Position numbers and translations under genes: made by a program. This document shows positions 1 to 8,321 of a DNA stretch of 44,220 nt, piece after piece. Location of the stretch: the sequence record SRR31156797_13477; one strand, 5' to 3'. The notes under the pieces are model-generated. The model worked only from the letters and a program-made list of their open reading frames with translations, searched no databases and was not told the DNA's origin. Within the stretch, counting starts at the first letter, position 1. Every line of letters starts with the position of its first letter.

Positions 1-29
1 AGTAAAGAAGGTCGCTTAAAATGCTAAGC

Positions 30-92
30 CTTGAATTTTTTGTTTCGTTTTTGTTTCAAGACAAAAATGAAAAGCCCAGCCGGCTGGAGGCG
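30..92. repeat. REP-like palindromic element (CTTGA...hairpin with TTCAAG loop plus GC palindrome)
   Basis: TTTCGTTTTTGT (43-54) / TTCAAG loop / ACAAAAATGAAA (61-72), 12-bp stem with one G-T pair; CCAGCCGGCTGG palindrome at 76-87; resembles the element at 1744-1842. Confidence 0.6.
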
Positions 93-247
93 AGGTTTAA
101 TGACTAATTAATAGTTAAATTTTAGTTTGGTGTTATAGTTCTATTTTTGATTATTTATGTATATGCTTCTTTGGTATTTAAATTGTCTTTTTATGTATAA
201 TTTAAATTCTACTGAACATATTGTATCTTCGCACCAAAAAGAATTAT

Positions 248-694
248 ATGTCAAAACCTGACGATAGGATACTAAAAATGCTACGAAAGCACCATGTGCT
301 AACTTTGGCCACTTCTATTAATGATCAACCATGGTGTGCCAGCTGTTTTTATGCCTGGATGAGTGCTGAAAATGCATTTGTATTTACAACTGATGAAACC
401 ACAAGGCATGGAAAAGAGTCAATTGAAAATCAAAAAGTGGCTGCCAACATTTATTTAGAAACAAAAGTGATTGGAAAAATTAGGGGAGTGCAGGTTTCGG
501 GTATTATAGAAAAACCTGAAGGAGAATTATTGGAACGTGTACGTAAAAGATATTTAAAACGATTTCCATATGCCCGTTTAATGGAAACAACCATGTGGAT
601 ATTACGCCCTGAGATATTGAAAATGACCGACAATAGGTTGGGTTTTGGCAAAAAACTAATTTGGGAAAATAATAAAGGATCAGAAATACATTAA
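248..694 (+). CDS. Pyridoxamine 5'-phosphate oxidase-like (YhbP-type) split-barrel protein
   Basis: HHVLTLAT, PWCASCFY, TRHG, IRGVQ and KMTDNRLGFGKKL motifs; ATG at 248 preferred over TTG at 221. Confidence 0.8.
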   Translation: MSKPDDRILKMLRKHHVLTLATSINDQPWCASCFYAWMSAENAFVFTTDETTRHGKESIENQKVAANIYLETKVIGKIRGVQVSGIIEKPEGELLERVRKRYLKRFPYARLMETTMWILRPEILKMTDNRLGFGKKLIWENNKGSEIH

Positions 695-698
695 AACT

Positions 699-1742
699 AT
701 GGCAGAAAAAGTGAAGTTGACTTCCATTGCGGAGTTAGGAGAATTTGGGTTAATTGACCATATCAATGAAAAAGTAAAAATTCAACATAAAGAAACAGTT
801 AAAGGCATTGGTGACGATGCCGCTGTTTTGCAGTTTGAGAACCAGCAAACTGTTGTGACCACGGATTTACTTGTGGAGGGAATTCATTTTGATTTAATGT
901 ATACGCCATTAAAACATTTGGGATATAAAGCAATTGCCGTAAATGTTTCGGATGTGGTAGCGATGAATGCTACTCCAAAGCAGGTTACTGTTTCATTAGC
1001 CATGTCGGGTAAATTTTCTGTTGAGGCTGTAGATCAAATTTACGAGGGAATTCATGCTGCATGTGAAGCTTATGGAGTGGATTTGATAGGTGGAGATACT
1101 ACTTCTTCTGTAACAGGACTTATGATAAGTGTAACAGCGATAGGTACTGTAGATGAGGGTAAAGCAGTATATCGTTCTGGCGCTAAAGAAAATGATATTA
1201 TTTGTGTTACAGGTGATTTGGGTGCAGCCTATGTTGGATTGCAATTAATGGAAAGGGAAAAAGAAGTGTTTAAAGCTAATCCTAATGTGCAACCTGAATT
1301 TACGGGTAAAGAATATTTAATAAGCCGAATATTAAAACCAGAGGCTCGTCTTGATGTTATAAAAGTGTTAGCTGAAAAAGGTGTAGTGCCAACGGCCATG
1401 ATGGATATTTCGGATGGATTATCCTCAGAATTGATTCATATATGCAAGCAAAGCGAAACGGGCTGTAGAATTTATGACGAAAAATTGCCTGTTCGCCAGG
1501 ATACTGTGAAAGCAGCTGATGAAATGAACATTGAACCTCTTGTAGCTGCCTTAAATGGAGGAGAAGATTATGAGCTGGTTTTTACCATATCGCCAAATGA
1601 TTATGCAAAAATTAAAGATGAAGAAGGTATTTCTTTTATTGGGCATATTACAAATAAATCAAATGGATTGTATTTAGTGCCTCAAAGTGGTGAAGAAATA
1701 CAATTAAGAGCCCAGGGCTGGACAGCCTATAAAAATGCGTAG
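699..1742 (+). CDS. thiL: Thiamine-monophosphate kinase
   Basis: GEFGLI, GIGDDAAV, TTDLLVEGIHF, NVSDVVAM, GGDT, MMDISDGL, GGEDYEL motifs. Confidence 0.96.
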   Translation: MAEKVKLTSIAELGEFGLIDHINEKVKIQHKETVKGIGDDAAVLQFENQQTVVTTDLLVEGIHFDLMYTPLKHLGYKAIAVNVSDVVAMNATPKQVTVSLAMSGKFSVEAVDQIYEGIHAACEAYGVDLIGGDTTSSVTGLMISVTAIGTVDEGKAVYRSGAKENDIICVTGDLGAAYVGLQLMEREKEVFKANPNVQPEFTGKEYLISRILKPEARLDVIKVLAEKGVVPTAMMDISDGLSSELIHICKQSETGCRIYDEKLPVRQDTVKAADEMNIEPLVAALNGGEDYELVFTISPNDYAKIKDEEGISFIGHITNKSNGLYLVPQSGEEIQLRAQGWTAYKNA

Positions 1743-1743
1743 T

Positions 1744-1842
1744 CTTGATTTCCGCCAGTTGTCGGACTAAAGTTTGGTTCTTTGTATTAACCGAATCGAC
1801 GTTAGTCGATTAGCTCACGACCAAAGGGAGTAACCAAAGAAC
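1744..1842. repeat. Composite REP-like element: host hairpin interrupted by a 43-bp TAACC-flanked module
   Basis: Host arms GTTCTTTG (1777-1784) and CAAAGAAC (1835-1842); TAACC at 1788-1792 and 1831-1835; inner hairpin ATCGAC-GTTA-GTCGAT; extra imperfect palindrome TCCGCCAGTTGTCGGA at 1751-1766. Confidence 0.7.
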
Positions 1843-1923
1843 ATAGATATATTTGTATTGAGACATAAATAAAGAGTTTTGTCTTAAGTGGAAGATTCTG
1901 AACGGATTATTGCAAACAAAACA

Positions 1924-1954
1924 CAAACCCCGATTTGGATAAAATCAGGGTTTG
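1924..1954. terminator. Probable bidirectional terminator between convergent thiL and usp genes
   Basis: CAAACCC-C-GATTT / AAATC-A-GGGTTTG stem flanked by A-rich and T-rich runs. Confidence 0.6.
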
Positions 1955-1975
1955 CACTTTATTTTAAAAATTATT

Positions 1976-2809
1976 TTACCAGTTAGCAGAATAATTAGCT
2001 TTCGCTACATCTTTTCTTGGGTTTACACACATAATAGGCACTTTAGCACTGTTTGCAATAATATATTGCTCTGATGCACCAAAGATATAATCACCTAAAC
2101 CAATTCCTTTTGTAGTCATAATGAGCACGAGTTCTGCCTCAACATCCTGAGCATATTGGAGCATTTCATCTTCAAACTTACTAGCTTTGCGAGCTGTTTC
2201 AAGTTCAAAGTCTACGCCATAATGCTGTAAATGCTTTTTGGCAAAAAGCAAATTGTTATTTACCTTGGTTAAATAGTAACCATCATCAACCGGAGGTTTA
2301 AACAGTAAAATTTTTGAGTTGAAGTATTTAGCAAGGTAAATGGCCCAAATAAGTTTTTCTTTGTTTTCAGCTTTGAAGTTAACTGGGAAAACAATTTTAT
2401 CGTAGGTTTCCACACGAGGCATATCTTGCACAACGATAAAAGGCACTTCTGAGCTGGAGATTACTTTCAATGCCCAGCTACCGGTAATTTTCTGCATCCC
2501 ACGAATTCCATGGGTCCCCATTACAACAAGCTTTACATCTTCAGTTTTGGTATAATCACCAATGGCATGGAAGATGCTTCCTTCAATTACTTTAGAAAGG
2601 GGCTTTACACCATATTTCTCTTCAGCTTCTTTAGCAGCTTCATCTAGTTTACCCATGGCATTTTCTATCTCAGATTCCTTTTTAACCACATGAAGTAATT
2701 CTATTTGGGTGCCCAACTGCCTGCCGAGTTTAACGGCATGAGCTAAAGCGAATTCAGCTTTCTCGCTAAAGTCCCAGGTTACCAGTATTTTATGTAATGA
2801 CCTTTCCAT
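1976..2809 (-). CDS. Universal stress protein (tandem Usp domains)
   Basis: KILVTWDFS, LLHVV, LVVMGTHG, GSWALKV; second domain KIVFPVNF...PIMCVNP; ATG at 2809 preferred. Confidence 0.9.
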   Translation of the reverse strand: MERSLHKILVTWDFSEKAEFALAHAVKLGRQLGTQIELLHVVKKESEIENAMGKLDEAAKEAEEKYGVKPLSKVIEGSIFHAIGDYTKTEDVKLVVMGTHGIRGMQKITGSWALKVISSSEVPFIVVQDMPRVETYDKIVFPVNFKAENKEKLIWAIYLAKYFNSKILLFKPPVDDGYYLTKVNNNLLFAKKHLQHYGVDFELETARKASKFEDEMLQYAQDVEAELVLIMTTKGIGLGDYIFGASEQYIIANSAKVPIMCVNPRKDVAKANYSANW

Positions 2810-2966
2810 ATGCAAATATTTTATAACCAAATTTAACTAAAAATGTCATATAATGCAATAATCATTTGTTAAGCCTCTATATTGTTTTGATTAATTGTAC
2901 AAATTGTAGTATATGGTGTTTGTAATAACTTATTATTTTTATTTTTGAAAGATAAATATTATAATC

Positions 2967-3746
2967 ATGGCAAAGTTATTTTTTGTATTTGTTTTAATAA
3001 TCGCGTCTACAAGTTTATTTGGACAGGAAGATTTAGTTACTGACCGACCTGATCAAACTGAATCCTCGGTAACGGTTCCTTTCAAGTCTTTACAAATTGA
3101 AACAGGGTTTTTAATGGAATCCACAAAAAGCAATTATATAGAGATTCAGGATTTTGTATACAATACCACTTTATTAAGATATGGATTATTAGAAAACCTT
3201 GAAATGCGTGTTGGATTGGAATATTTAGGCAGTGACGTTAAATTAATAGGAACTGGGGTGGACACATCATTTAATATCAATGGATATTCACCTTTATATT
3301 TAGGCTTTAAATTAATGATTCGTGAGGAGGATGGAATATTGCCGCAAATTGCTTTTATTGGAGGGATGAATTTTTCACAAACTGCTGATAAGGAATTTCG
3401 TGCAGATTATTCAGCTCCCTCATTTCGATTTGCTTTCTCACATTCGTTAAGTGAGCGATTTTCATTGGGCTACAACCTTGGAGCAGAATGGGATGGTTTT
3501 ACCGCTAAACCCGGATATTATTATTCCCTTGTTCTGGGCGCAGGAATTACAGATAAAATAGGAGGATTTATCGAAGCTTATGGCACTGTTCCTGAGGCAG
3601 CAGCAGATACACATTTGATTGATGGTGGTTTTACCTTTTTAATAACGCCAGTTTTTCAATTAGATATCTCAGGAGGTATTGGGCTCAATGATAATGCTAT
3701 TGATAATTTTATTAGTGCGGGGCTTACCTACAGAATTGACAGATAA
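2967..3746 (+). CDS. Putative outer-membrane beta-barrel transporter (Phenol_MetA_deg-like)
   Basis: Signal peptide, TDRPDQTES motif, LQIETG, LLRYGL, alternating beta-strands, C-terminal GLTYRI. Confidence 0.8.
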   Translation: MAKLFFVFVLIIASTSLFGQEDLVTDRPDQTESSVTVPFKSLQIETGFLMESTKSNYIEIQDFVYNTTLLRYGLLENLEMRVGLEYLGSDVKLIGTGVDTSFNINGYSPLYLGFKLMIREEDGILPQIAFIGGMNFSQTADKEFRADYSAPSFRFAFSHSLSERFSLGYNLGAEWDGFTAKPGYYYSLVLGAGITDKIGGFIEAYGTVPEAAADTHLIDGGFTFLITPVFQLDISGGIGLNDNAIDNFISAGLTYRIDR

Positions 3747-4825
3747 TGAAAGTTATATTTTCTGTATTTTTTAGTATTTTAATATTTCTTGCCTGTAATG
3801 AAGAGCCGTTAATTATAGCTCCAAATAATCCAAACTTATATTACCAGGGGCGAATAGAGACTAACAATTCTGCGTTTTATAAATTTTACTGGCCAGGAAC
3901 GTCTGTATCAGTTAAAACAAAATGTAAAAATATTTTTGCACTCTTAAGTGATGACATTGGAGCTTCTTATTATAATGTGATTGTAGATGGAGAGGTCACA
4001 AGTATCATTAAACCTACTAATATCAAGAAGCGTTATTTGGTTGCGAGCAATCTTTCGAATGGGGAACATACAATTGAGCTTTTCAGAAGAACAGAATATC
4101 CTTCTGGAACTACATCATTTTACGGATTTCAACTTTCTCCATCTGCGGAAATTTTAAAACAGGAAACACCGGATCTTCAAATGGTATTTATTGGTAACTC
4201 CATTACAACTGGATACGCCAATGAAGATTACTCTAAAAATGACAGACCTGACAGTATTTTTACTAATAATTATATGGCATATGGTGCTATTACTGCCAGA
4301 TATTTTAATGCCGATTATCAATGCATTGCCCGAGGAGGAATTGGTGTAATGGTAAGTTGGTATGATTTAGTTATGCCGGAGATTTATAATTTAGTAAATC
4401 CCAATAATAATAACCATAAGTTTACACCAGCGGAATTTAAGAATCGGATTGTTGTGGTTAATCTAGGTCAAAATGATTCCTGGATAATCCCCAATCAGAA
4501 TTATGTAGCATATAAAAATAGATTTGACCGTAAAAAAGTTGACCAGGAAATGATTATTGCGGCGTATAAGGATTTTATCTTAAAAGTACGCTCTTTTTAT
4601 CCAAAAGCTCACATCATTTGTACTTTGGGTAGTATGGATGCAGTAGCTGAAAATTCACCATGGCCAGGTTATATTTCAAAAGCAGTAGATGGGCTCAATG
4701 ATCCTAATATATCAACTTTATTTTTTCCATTTTTAGCAAAAGAAACGCATCCAATGATTGAAGATCATCAGATAATGGCTGATCTGTTAATTAAAAACAT
4801 CAAGGAGAAAGGACTAATTAAATAA
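3746..4825 (+). CDS. SGNH/GDSL hydrolase lipoprotein, carbohydrate esterase family 2-like
   Basis: Lipobox FLAC; WPGTSV and GEHTIELFRRTE N-domain; FIGNSITTGY block I, NLGQND block III, THP block V; TAATG coupling to the upstream gene. Confidence 0.85.
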   Translation: MKVIFSVFFSILIFLACNEEPLIIAPNNPNLYYQGRIETNNSAFYKFYWPGTSVSVKTKCKNIFALLSDDIGASYYNVIVDGEVTSIIKPTNIKKRYLVASNLSNGEHTIELFRRTEYPSGTTSFYGFQLSPSAEILKQETPDLQMVFIGNSITTGYANEDYSKNDRPDSIFTNNYMAYGAITARYFNADYQCIARGGIGVMVSWYDLVMPEIYNLVNPNNNNHKFTPAEFKNRIVVVNLGQNDSWIIPNQNYVAYKNRFDRKKVDQEMIIAAYKDFILKVRSFYPKAHIICTLGSMDAVAENSPWPGYISKAVDGLNDPNISTLFFPFLAKETHPMIEDHQIMADLLIKNIKEKGLIK

Positions 4826-5984
4826 CTTCAATATCAATCCACTCAAAGGCGGTTTTAAGTTCAAGTGTTAGATCTCCTTCCAAAATAAGATGATGATTAC
4901 CAAGAGGCTGATTTCTTAACTTTTGCAAATCATCTTTTGGCAAACCGACTTCAATTTGTGTGCGACATGAGAAATTTGATTTGGGTCTGTTTGTGATTAA
5001 CCCCGATGAAACGAATGCTTTTTCAAGTTTGTTATCGAACCTGAATACAGTGACTACAGTTGGTTTAAAATCACCTTGAATGGCTGTTCCTTCATCAGTT
5101 TCAAAATGAGTAGGAATAGTATAGCTTTTCACATATGATAATGGAACCGTACAATGGGCAAAAGTAGCTCTGTCATTGGTAACTTTTATAGTGTTGGCCA
5201 TCCAGGGAATTATATCCATAAAAGCCTTACAAAACATCATTCCTGTTATACTAACCAAGTCGCCTTCACATCCGGCTGGAATGCCTTTATCGTTCAGTAA
5301 TGAAAGTGAAAGGCATGCGGTAACTTTTTGTTCTTTTACCATTGGAAAACACTCCACTGTGACTGCATCTAAGTGATTTTCTTTGATTGTTTTGGTTAGC
5401 AGTGAATGAACTTGTGACGCTTCAACAAGCTTTGAGTTACTGTCAGCTTTAAAATGATTATCAAATTCCTCCGAGGGTTTGCAGTTTTTATAGGAAGGTA
5501 AAGCATCCCATGAAACCGGGCCATAGTAAATACCAAATTTATCTTTTAAAACGATCGGATCAATTTCTGAAGCAATTAACCAGTCAGATATAGTTCCAAT
5601 TAACCCAAGCTGCTGATCATTTAGCTTTATCATTGCATTAAAAGTATTATATAGCGCAACAGCTTTTCTTCGGATATCATCATCAAATACCGACCAAATT
5701 ACTGATTCTTGATTTTCAATATCCAGATAAGCTTTAACTTCGGTTGCTGCTGCGTGGGCATTATCTTCTTCATGAGTTAAAAGCACAATTTTATCTAAAA
5801 AAGCACCCGCATTAATGGCTTCACGTTCACTACCTCCGCTTAGAAAAAAAAGAATATCAGGCTTGGTATCAACCACCTCATAAATTTCTTCAGGAAGAGT
5901 TTGGTCTAGTAATTTATAGCCTTTCTCGTAAGTTTCATCAGGGGCTCCGGCGTGCGCTAAAAATTTAATGCGTAATTTTTTCAT
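4818..5984 (-). CDS. L-fucose/L-arabinose isomerase family protein
   Basis: SGGSE, TVECF, ACLSLSLLND, GCEGD, FAHCTVP, CRTQI, LGNHH motifs. Confidence 0.75.
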   Translation of the reverse strand: MKKLRIKFLAHAGAPDETYEKGYKLLDQTLPEEIYEVVDTKPDILFFLSGGSEREAINAGAFLDKIVLLTHEEDNAHAAATEVKAYLDIENQESVIWSVFDDDIRRKAVALYNTFNAMIKLNDQQLGLIGTISDWLIASEIDPIVLKDKFGIYYGPVSWDALPSYKNCKPSEEFDNHFKADSNSKLVEASQVHSLLTKTIKENHLDAVTVECFPMVKEQKVTACLSLSLLNDKGIPAGCEGDLVSITGMMFCKAFMDIIPWMANTIKVTNDRATFAHCTVPLSYVKSYTIPTHFETDEGTAIQGDFKPTVVTVFRFDNKLEKAFVSSGLITNRPKSNFSCRTQIEVGLPKDDLQKLRNQPLGNHHLILEGDLTLELKTAFEWIDIEVI

Positions 5985-6105
5985 CTTGTTATGCTTTATG
6001 CGAATGTACGTTTTTTTTAGGGTTTTATAAAGTGAAACTAGCCCCGTTTCTTATAATTTTCAGAGTCAATATTTAAAAAAAATTTGGAAATAACGAAAAC
6101 CGATG

Positions 6106-6131
6106 TATATTTGTACTATACAAATATGACA
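6106..6131 (+). promoter_or_regulatory. Bacteroidota -7 promoter box overlapped by a YtrA-type operator palindrome
   Basis: TATATTTG at 6106-6113; perfect IR ATATTTGTA-CTA-TACAAATAT at 6107-6127; TGTACTA-N6-TATGACA at 6112-6131. Confidence 0.65.
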
Positions 6132-6147
6132 ATATAGGAATATTACT

Positions 6148-6516
6148 ATGATAAATTTTGCATTAGACCCTAAAGCCGGCACACCTTTTTACAGGCAAAT
6201 TATTGACCAAATCAAATTTGGAATTGCCTCCGGAAAATTAAAGGTGGGCGAACAACTTCCTACGGTTAGGTCATTAGCAGTTGAACTCAAAGTGAATTTG
6301 AATACAGTGGCTAAAGCTTATAGGGAGCTGGAAATCCAAAATGTTTTGGAAACGCATCAAGGATCCGGAACATTTATTAGTGAAGTAAAAATTGAACTTT
6401 CAACCAAAGAGAAAGAGAAAAAGCTTCAGGAGATTTGTCAGGAATTTTGCACCATAGCCTTTAGTTATGGATTTACTGTTGACGATTTATTAACCCAACT
6501 TAAAAAGCATGAATAA
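6148..6516 (+). CDS. GntR family regulator, YtrA subfamily
   Basis: PFYRQIIDQIK, GEQLPTVRSLA, VNLNTVAKAYREL, GSGTFI; short (122 aa) with helical C-terminus. Confidence 0.93.
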   Translation: MINFALDPKAGTPFYRQIIDQIKFGIASGKLKVGEQLPTVRSLAVELKVNLNTVAKAYRELEIQNVLETHQGSGTFISEVKIELSTKEKEKKLQEICQEFCTIAFSYGFTVDDLLTQLKKHE

Positions 6517-7441
6517 AATGAACATGAAAAATGCCACAAAAACTTATTTTAATCCGGTCTCAAGAACAATATTATTGACCTTGATTGGTGCATCAGTAGG
6601 ATTATTTTTATTTGAAATAGTCAATATTTACATCATGTCCGGACTTATTTTACTGGCAATTTTTATTGCCAGTTCTGTCCATATTGCAGATCAATGGGAA
6701 AAAGCAGTGGTCCTGCGATTTGGAAAATACAAGGGATTAAGAGGACCTGGTCTTTTTCTTATTATTCCAATTGTAGATCGTATTGATGACTATATCGATC
6801 AACGTATACGCGTTACTGATTTTAAGGCTGAACAAACCTTAACCAAAGATACAGTCCCGGTAAATGTGGATGCTGTTGTATATTGGACGGTTTGGGATGT
6901 TGAAAAGGCTGCTCTGGAAGTACAAAAATATGTGCAAGCAATAACTTATATTGCCCAAACAGGGTTACGTGATATTATTGGAAAACATGAACTTGCAGAT
7001 ATTTTGCAGGATCGTGAAAAAATTGCTCACGACTTACAACAAGTCCTGGACGAAAATACCAATCCATGGGGAATTACATGTCAGACTGTAGGAATAAAAG
7101 ATATTGTTATTCCACGTGCTCTTGCTGATGCCATGAGTAAGCAGGCTCAAGCTGAAAGAGAGCGACGAGCTCGTGTTATTTTAGGTACAGCTGAGACTGA
7201 AATTGCAGAGAAGTTTGCAAAGGCAAGCGAGCAGTACGTCAACAACCCTGTTGCGCTTCAACTAAGAGGAATGAATATGCTTTTCGAAGGGCTTAAAGAG
7301 AAAGGATCAATGGTAATTGTGCCAAGCTCCGCTCTTGAATCTATGAACCTCGGAGCAACTGCAGGATTGATCTCAATGGCACAAAATCAGGAGTCCAAAC
7401 AAAATATCGCACCGAACCCACCTGCACAAGAAGAAAAATAA
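6509..7441 (+). CDS. SPFH/Band 7 (slipin/stomatin-like) membrane protein
   Basis: Two N-terminal TM helices; AVVLRFGK, GPGLFLIIP, TKDTVPVNVDAVVY, AQTGLRDIIG, AMSKQAQAERERRA. Confidence 0.93.
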   Translation: MNKMNMKNATKTYFNPVSRTILLTLIGASVGLFLFEIVNIYIMSGLILLAIFIASSVHIADQWEKAVVLRFGKYKGLRGPGLFLIIPIVDRIDDYIDQRIRVTDFKAEQTLTKDTVPVNVDAVVYWTVWDVEKAALEVQKYVQAITYIAQTGLRDIIGKHELADILQDREKIAHDLQQVLDENTNPWGITCQTVGIKDIVIPRALADAMSKQAQAERERRARVILGTAETEIAEKFAKASEQYVNNPVALQLRGMNMLFEGLKEKGSMVIVPSSALESMNLGATAGLISMAQNQESKQNIAPNPPAQEEK

Positions 7442-7456
7442 GCCATTGCACAATTA

Positions 7457-7498
7457 TTTCATGTTTATGTTGTTTTATATGACAACATAAACATGAAA
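7457..7498. repeat. Perfect 17-bp inverted repeat (operator or terminator-like)
   Basis: TTTCATGTTTATGTTGT (7457-7473), 8-nt spacer, ACAACATAAACATGAAA (7482-7498). Confidence 0.75.
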
Positions 7499-7508
7499 AT
7501 TTTATACC

Positions 7509-8312
7509 ATGAGACAGACTTTGTTTTTCATATTTATCCTAATTGTATTTGCAAGTAGTGCAAAGAATCCTCCCGGAACAGTTCAGGTAGATGAAAATTT
7601 CTTTTTTGATGAGCATGAAGTTTCGAATATAGCCTGGAGAGAATATATGTATTGGAATATGAGAGTTTACGGCCCAAATTCACCAGAATACAAAGCTACA
7701 TTACCCGACACGCTGGTTTGGCGCCGACCCAAAGCTTACAATGAACCTTATGTAGAATATTATTATAAACACCCCGCCTACCATAATTATCCCGTAGTTG
7801 GGATTAGCTATGAGCAGGCAGTTGAATATTGTAAATGGCGTAGCAATAGAGTGAATGAGGCTATTTATCGCAAAGAGAATAAAATTGATTCTAAACAACA
7901 TATTGCTGATGAAGATATTCCTCAAGTATATCGATACAGACTTCCAACTAAAGCTGAGTGGGAAAAAGTTGCCAAAGTTGGTTTTTCTGATCGAACTAAA
8001 AAGAAGTTAAATAAGAAAAAGTACAAGGATATGAAATTGTATAATCTTATTTATAAGGATGTTGAGGATGATACAGATTTGAAGATATTGAATGATAAAG
8101 CAGATATCACAAATCAAGTTAATTCATATTGGCCAAATGCCATAGGAGTATATAATATGATTGGAAATGTTGGTGAATTGGTTCAAGAGAAAATAGTAAA
8201 AGGAGGAGGTTGGAGAACGAAAGCCAATGAGGTGAAGGTAGAAACAGATTTCAAATATGAAAAACCCGAGGATTGGATTGGTTTTAGATGCGTATGCGAA
8301 AAGATTAACTAA
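7509..8312 (+). CDS. SUMF1/FGE-sulfatase domain protein, GldJ/GldK-like
   Basis: EVSNIAWREY, LPDTLVW, HPAYHNYPVVGISYEQAVEYCKWRS, YRLPTKAEWE, YNMIGNVGE, IGFRC. Confidence 0.85.
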   Translation: MRQTLFFIFILIVFASSAKNPPGTVQVDENFFFDEHEVSNIAWREYMYWNMRVYGPNSPEYKATLPDTLVWRRPKAYNEPYVEYYYKHPAYHNYPVVGISYEQAVEYCKWRSNRVNEAIYRKENKIDSKQHIADEDIPQVYRYRLPTKAEWEKVAKVGFSDRTKKKLNKKKYKDMKLYNLIYKDVEDDTDLKILNDKADITNQVNSYWPNAIGVYNMIGNVGELVQEKIVKGGGWRTKANEVKVETDFKYEKPEDWIGFRCVCEKIN

Positions 8313-8321
8313 CACAAAATT

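Noticed and set aside
1-27. Possible 3' end of an upstream CDS
   Set aside because: Two frames give short open ends (SKEGRLKC* or VKKVA*); too short to assign.
1743-1975. TPP riboswitch or tRNA near thiL
   Set aside because: The region is downstream of thiL, lacks the CTGAGA and CCTGA..GGA core in the right arrangement, and has no cloverleaf/TTCRA arm.
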